Assembly (NCBI GenBank): GCA_001179505.1 | Contig: CDMY01000336.1 | Location: 186,001-250,000 of the forward strand | Direction: 5' to 3' | Source of the DNA: Vitrella brassicaformis CCMP3155 | Taxonomy: Eukaryota > Protista > Chromerida | DNA length: 64,000 nt | In this document: piece after piece, positions 59,329 to 64,000 of the stretch | Numbering within the stretch: the first letter of the stretch is position 1 | Layout of the letters: every line of letters starts with the position of its first letter | Notes under the pieces: model-generated | What the model was told of the DNA's origin: nothing | Seen by the model: the letters and a program-made list of their open reading frames with translations, nothing else | Databases searched by the model: none | Translations under genes and position numbers: made by a program

Positions 59329-62300
59329 ATGGCCGAGACCGCAGCGGACAGCGAGCCAATGCCAGTCACTAGCGTGTCCGAGACCACAGACCAACAACCA
59401 CCCACCACGGACCAACAAGGAGCCGCCGCTATGGACCTGCAGTCACAACAGGCGGAGGAGGGCGGCAAGGAGGCCGAGAGCGAGCCGGCGGCCGCTGCTG
59501 CCAACGAGGATGAGACGGGCGGTCCACTCGTACCAGCATCTTCTGCCTCTCAGCCAGACGACAGTGGACAGCCTGAGGGTCAAGAGGCAGCCGCCGGTGG
59601 CGATGGCGGCACGGTCACGTCGCTCGATGAGGCCCAGCCCGAGACACAGGAGGGTGACGGGGTGTCTCCTGAGGCGAGCGGCCCTTCCGTCCCATCGGTG
59701 GAGCTCATCGACATTGACAAGAAGGCCGACGCCAGCGACATGAGCACCGGCGCATCGCCGCCGGCAGCCATCAGTGCCAGCGGTGAGAGCGATGTGGTCG
59801 CCAGCGCCAGCGCAGAGCCCAACACGGCCGATGTGACCGCCACCGAGGCGAGCAAACAGGAGCAGGAGCAGGAGCAGCAACAAGGGCAAGAGAGAGAACC
59901 AGGGCCGGAGGAGGGCAACAATGGCGCGGAGGAGGAGGCCAGCGCACCACCACCGGCTGCAGAAGAAAGCAAGACGGAGGAAGCAGCTGAAGCTGAAGCT
60001 GGCGTGACAGCCGATGCCAATGGACAAGAGAACAAGACCCAGCCAGAGGAGGAGGGCAACCAGCAGCAGCAGCAGCCATCGGAGGCTTTACAAGAGGCCG
60101 GCGAAGAGACCAAGCCAGACAACGAGACAGCCGAGGCCTCATCAGCGGCACCACCAGCCCCGGTCCCTGCCAGTGATCAGAGCATCACCATCGAGGCTCC
60201 GACGAAGAACGAGCGGTCATCGTCGGCCGACCTGACGTCGACGGGCGAGGCGGCCAAGGCAGCCGACGAGAGCTCCCCTGGCCACCTGGCCAAGCCTGAG
60301 GAGCCGCCCGAGAAGGGCAGCTCCTCCACCCCGCTGCCGGCCTCGTCGGGCCCGTCTGACAAGAGTCCCAGCCACCCTCCCCCGATCACCCTCACACCCA
60401 CCCCGCCCAACGGCATCACGACCCCCAAGAAGGGCGAGAGGAGCGGCCGCACCACCGGCATACGACCCCTCTCCGTCAAGGGCGGCAACTCGGGCGCCGC
60501 TCTACTCAGCCTCCTGCGCAACAAACCCACATCGCCACAGGCACAGACGTCTTCGCCCGGCGAGGGAGGCGGCGGCCCGCAAGCCACGGAGATCAACGGG
60601 TCGATGCCCAAGGAGGCGGAGGACGCTCCCGCTGCTGCTGCTGCTTCTGGTGGTGCGTCGCAAAACGAGCAGGGTGGTGCAGGTGGCGGGGCGGGCAGAC
60701 AGCGGCCCCTTGTGTATCGCTACACGATCGAGGAGCTCAAGAAGATCGGCCAGCTGCCGCAATGCAAGATCAAACCCGCCAACCTCCACCAATACGTCGA
60801 CAAGTAAGCTCAGCTCCCTCCCGAACCACAGGCACACGACACCATTCCACTCATCAATCAACTGTGCCCTTGTGTGTGCGTGTGTGTGTCTGTCCCAGGG
60901 ATTGCGAGCCGGTTAGCCGCGTGCAGGGCCAGCGTCAGGGTCGGAGCGACCACCACGTGCCCAAGATGGCGCCGCCCCACGGACACCGAATGAGGCGCGA
61001 GAGCGACGCGGCTGGGGATGAGGAGGGCGAGGGTCCGCCCCACGGCGGCCGCATGGACCGACAGCGAGGCGACAGGGACAGGGACAACCGCGACCGCAAC
61101 CGAGACCAACACGACCGCGACAATAGAGACAGGGGCGACAGAGGAGACCGAGAACGATTCAGAGGTAGGAAGGAATCCTCACACCTCACTCAACGCACAC
61201 AAGGCCAAGGCTCTCTCCCTCCCTCCCTCCCTCCCTCACTCGTGTGCACCGCATGTGTGTCTATGGCGTATAGGTGAGGGCATAGTCGGCCCAGCGCCGG
61301 GCATCTATCGCGAGGGTGACCGTGACCGCGAGTACCGACCACGGCGGTCGCCGAGGGACGGATACAGGGAGGGAGACGAGGACGGCAGGCGCGGCGGCAG
61401 ACAGTAAGCAGAGCAGACGACACACCGCCACAAACAGATAGATACAACCAACACGGAGGAGTGGATGGGATGCACTGCACCTTCTGTCTCGCTCAGTGAC
61501 GATCGGTATCGCGACCGTGACGAGGACAACGGTGTTCGCCAGCCGCGGGACGGCAGAGGGGGCCCCGGCAGGGGAGACTACCGCGGAAGGAGAGATACAT
61601 ACGGTGGGCGGGCGGACGACACATCTAGATCTGCCACACAGCGATCCATCTCATCTCATTGTCCCTCTCTCGGTCTGCCTTGTGTGGGTGGACTCAGATC
61701 ACGATGAGGAGGATGACCAGCGGGACCGCCGCTCACGCCAGTCGCGCAGCCAGCAGCAGCAACAGCAGCAGCAGCAGCAGCAGCATGACGACTACTGGGA
61801 CGCCCCGCCCGAAGGCCGCCGTGATCGCGGGCTGATGCCGCCACCGCCACCGCCCCGTGAGCATGACGACCGTGGGCTGCTGGGCGCGGCGCCCGGGGCA
61901 CTCATCACAGCGGGGGATGAGGAGGGCAAAGAGGGCAGGTGCGCATGTCATGTGCATACGCAGGCACAAAGGGGAGCGACTGAGATAGCGACTGTCTGTC
62001 TGTTCAGGGGTGACCGTGACGGCGGGCGTCAGAACGAGGGCAGCAGGACTATGTGGAAGAAAGTCGATCCCGACAAGTGAGTGCGACAACACACACATGC
62101 CATGACCGCTCCCCCCCATGCATGCATCCGATGGATGATATATGTTGGTATTCTTCCTTCCACCTTTCAGGAAGGGTGGCTCTGAGGGTTCGGTGCCCGA
62201 GAAGGCCCCCGAGCCGCAGACGGCCGCCGGCCGCCAGGCGGGGCCCAGCGAGAAGCGACGAGTCGTCAACCGCGAGAAGCCCATCCAACCCAGACAACAA

Positions 62301-64000
62301 CCGGACAAAGACAAGTACCCGAATGCGTCCACTCAGACACCGATGACAGCTGCATGTGGCTATCTATGTTTGCGTGTGTTGTGTCATGTGACCCAGGGAG
62401 GAGGTGCCTGAGAAGACCGACCGTGGCCCGGCTGCGGGTGCAGGTGGTGGTCGGCGTGACGAGCGTCAGGGGCGGGAGGCCGAGAGGGAGAGGGAGGGCC
62501 GCCGCCAACAGGACGGCAGACGACAGGTCTACGCCGAGAAAGAAGGAGAAAGGTGCGCCCGTCCGTCCGCTGCATCGCATCTGGCACATCACATCACATC
62601 CCACACGCATCTCATCTACCGAATTAATGCTTCCTCTCTCTCTCTGTCCGCGCCGCATCACGCGCAGGCGGCCGTCGATAGGTGGTGTGGTTGATGGAGG
62701 TGCTGGTTTGCTGCCGACCCCTCCCGAGTTGGCGCAGCAGCAGCGGGACCGCCAGGAGGCCGACAGGAGGAACCAAAACAGAAGGGGAAACGAGCCTATG
62801 AAGAAATACGTCCCCAGGGTGAGTGAGCCAGCTAGTCGGCGCACACACTGAGGCAGATCGACACGAAACCTCCTCTCTGTGTGTAAGTCTCAGGTGGACA
62901 AGGACGGTATGATGCAGCACGAGGACGGCTACCTGCACCATGGCAGCCGGGGCGAGGGTCGGCGCGACAGGTACGGCCACGGCCACCACAGGAGGGGCGA
63001 TGACGACGGCGGCGGAGGGGACATGTGGGACCTACCCGAACCCGGACAAGGGTACCCACCCACAACACACACCACACCCACAATACGATACGATGTGGTC
63101 TTAACTTATGAACATTGCTCGTGAATGCATTGTGGTTGCAGTCCGATGGATGTGAGTGGGATTTTTCACCTGGGCGACATCCGCCAGGCTGAGGCGGCCA
63201 TGAAGGAGAAGGGCCTCTCCATCAACAAGTACGCCGAGGCGGTGCAGAAGGGCGAGATCATGATGCCCTCGCCGCCCCAGCCACCCTCCCAGCCGCCCCC
63301 ACCACGACCCCTCAACCACATGGGCATCTACTCGCCCGTCGCGGCGCCCCCCAGCGGCCCGCCGCCACCATTGCCGCCAATGGAAGAACCCATCTTCGTC
63401 GAGGAAGACTCAGACGAGGTGTGTGTGTGTGTGTGTGTGTCAACGGGTGTGCCTCATGCTTGTCGGTGTCTGTTTGGTGTGTGCTTTCTCGTCAGGTGGT
63501 TGCTGGGTCGAGGCTCTTCTCGCAATGGGTAAGTGAGCAGGGGAGCGAGCGACAAAGCAGAGAGAGGCACAGACATGGCTGGCGCAGCAATCACCCTGTG
63601 TGTGTGTGTGTGGATGTCTGTCTGGTGTGTGCAGAAGGCCGGTGGCGGAGGCCACCACGACGCCGGCGGGCGGCACATAATGGAAATGGTTATGGGAGGC
63701 GGCCAGCAGGACGCACAGAAGCAACACGAAGGCTCACCCAGAGGTGAGACGGCACACCGCCACACACTTGTTGGCTTGTTGCCTCAAATCAATCAATCAA
63801 TCCATCCACCCGTTGGGTGTCTGTCATCCATCCATATATCAGGTGAGATGGACATTCCCCGTCGTCAGCAGAGCGAGTTGTTCCGCAAGCAGATCGCCAT
63901 GGTGGCAAAGCAGCACGACCAAATGGACAACAAAGTCAGGACACAACAGCTCCCAGGCAACATCGCCGCACTCATGCAGGTAGGTAGGCGGCAAACCAAA
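59329..64000 (+). CDS. Large low-complexity protein with a 4E-T/GIGYF-type eIF4E-binding-like motif and RD/RG-rich region; continues beyond the window
   Basis: 492-aa acidic first exon ending VYRYTIEELKKIGQLPQCKIKPANL. Downstream GT-AG exons are RD/RGG-rich, followed by GGDMWDLPE and IFHLGDIRQAE. No stop is reached in the window. Confidence 0.7.

Overview
GC-rich, intron-dense eukaryotic genomic DNA. Short GT-AG introns are full of (AC)n/(GT)n/(CAGA)n/(GGAT)n microsatellites, and there are two 300-N assembly gaps. Composition, gene content and a characteristic intronless ankyrin gene family fit a chromerid alveolate such as Vitrella brassicaformis (inference, not searched). I manually spliced about 18 protein-coding loci: an OXR1/TLDc-type protein (truncated at the window start), a secreted CAP/PR-1 protein, a COPI-associated membrane protein, condensin II kleisin CAP-H2, a PB1/TM/MATH/PAN-like protein, an ankyrin-UIM-RING E3 ligase, two paralogous intronless ankyrin genes (one a pseudogene) plus an inverted fragment, an IMPACT(UPF0029)+dynein-stalk fusion, an F-box/WD40 protein, a FABP-like protein with a possible bipartite leader, a secreted arylsulfate sulfotransferase fused to three trefoil domains, two multi-pass membrane proteins, a 4E-T/GIGYF-like protein (truncated at the window end) and several hypotheticals. 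Top leads are the ASST-trefoil and IMPACT-MTBD fusions, the dispersed ankyrin cassette family, introns with 5'(AC)n/3'(GT)n polarity, and 14 consecutive genes that alternate strand. I saw no rRNA, tRNA or CRISPR. Gene boundaries are manual and approximate, and domain calls come from motif recognition without database searches.
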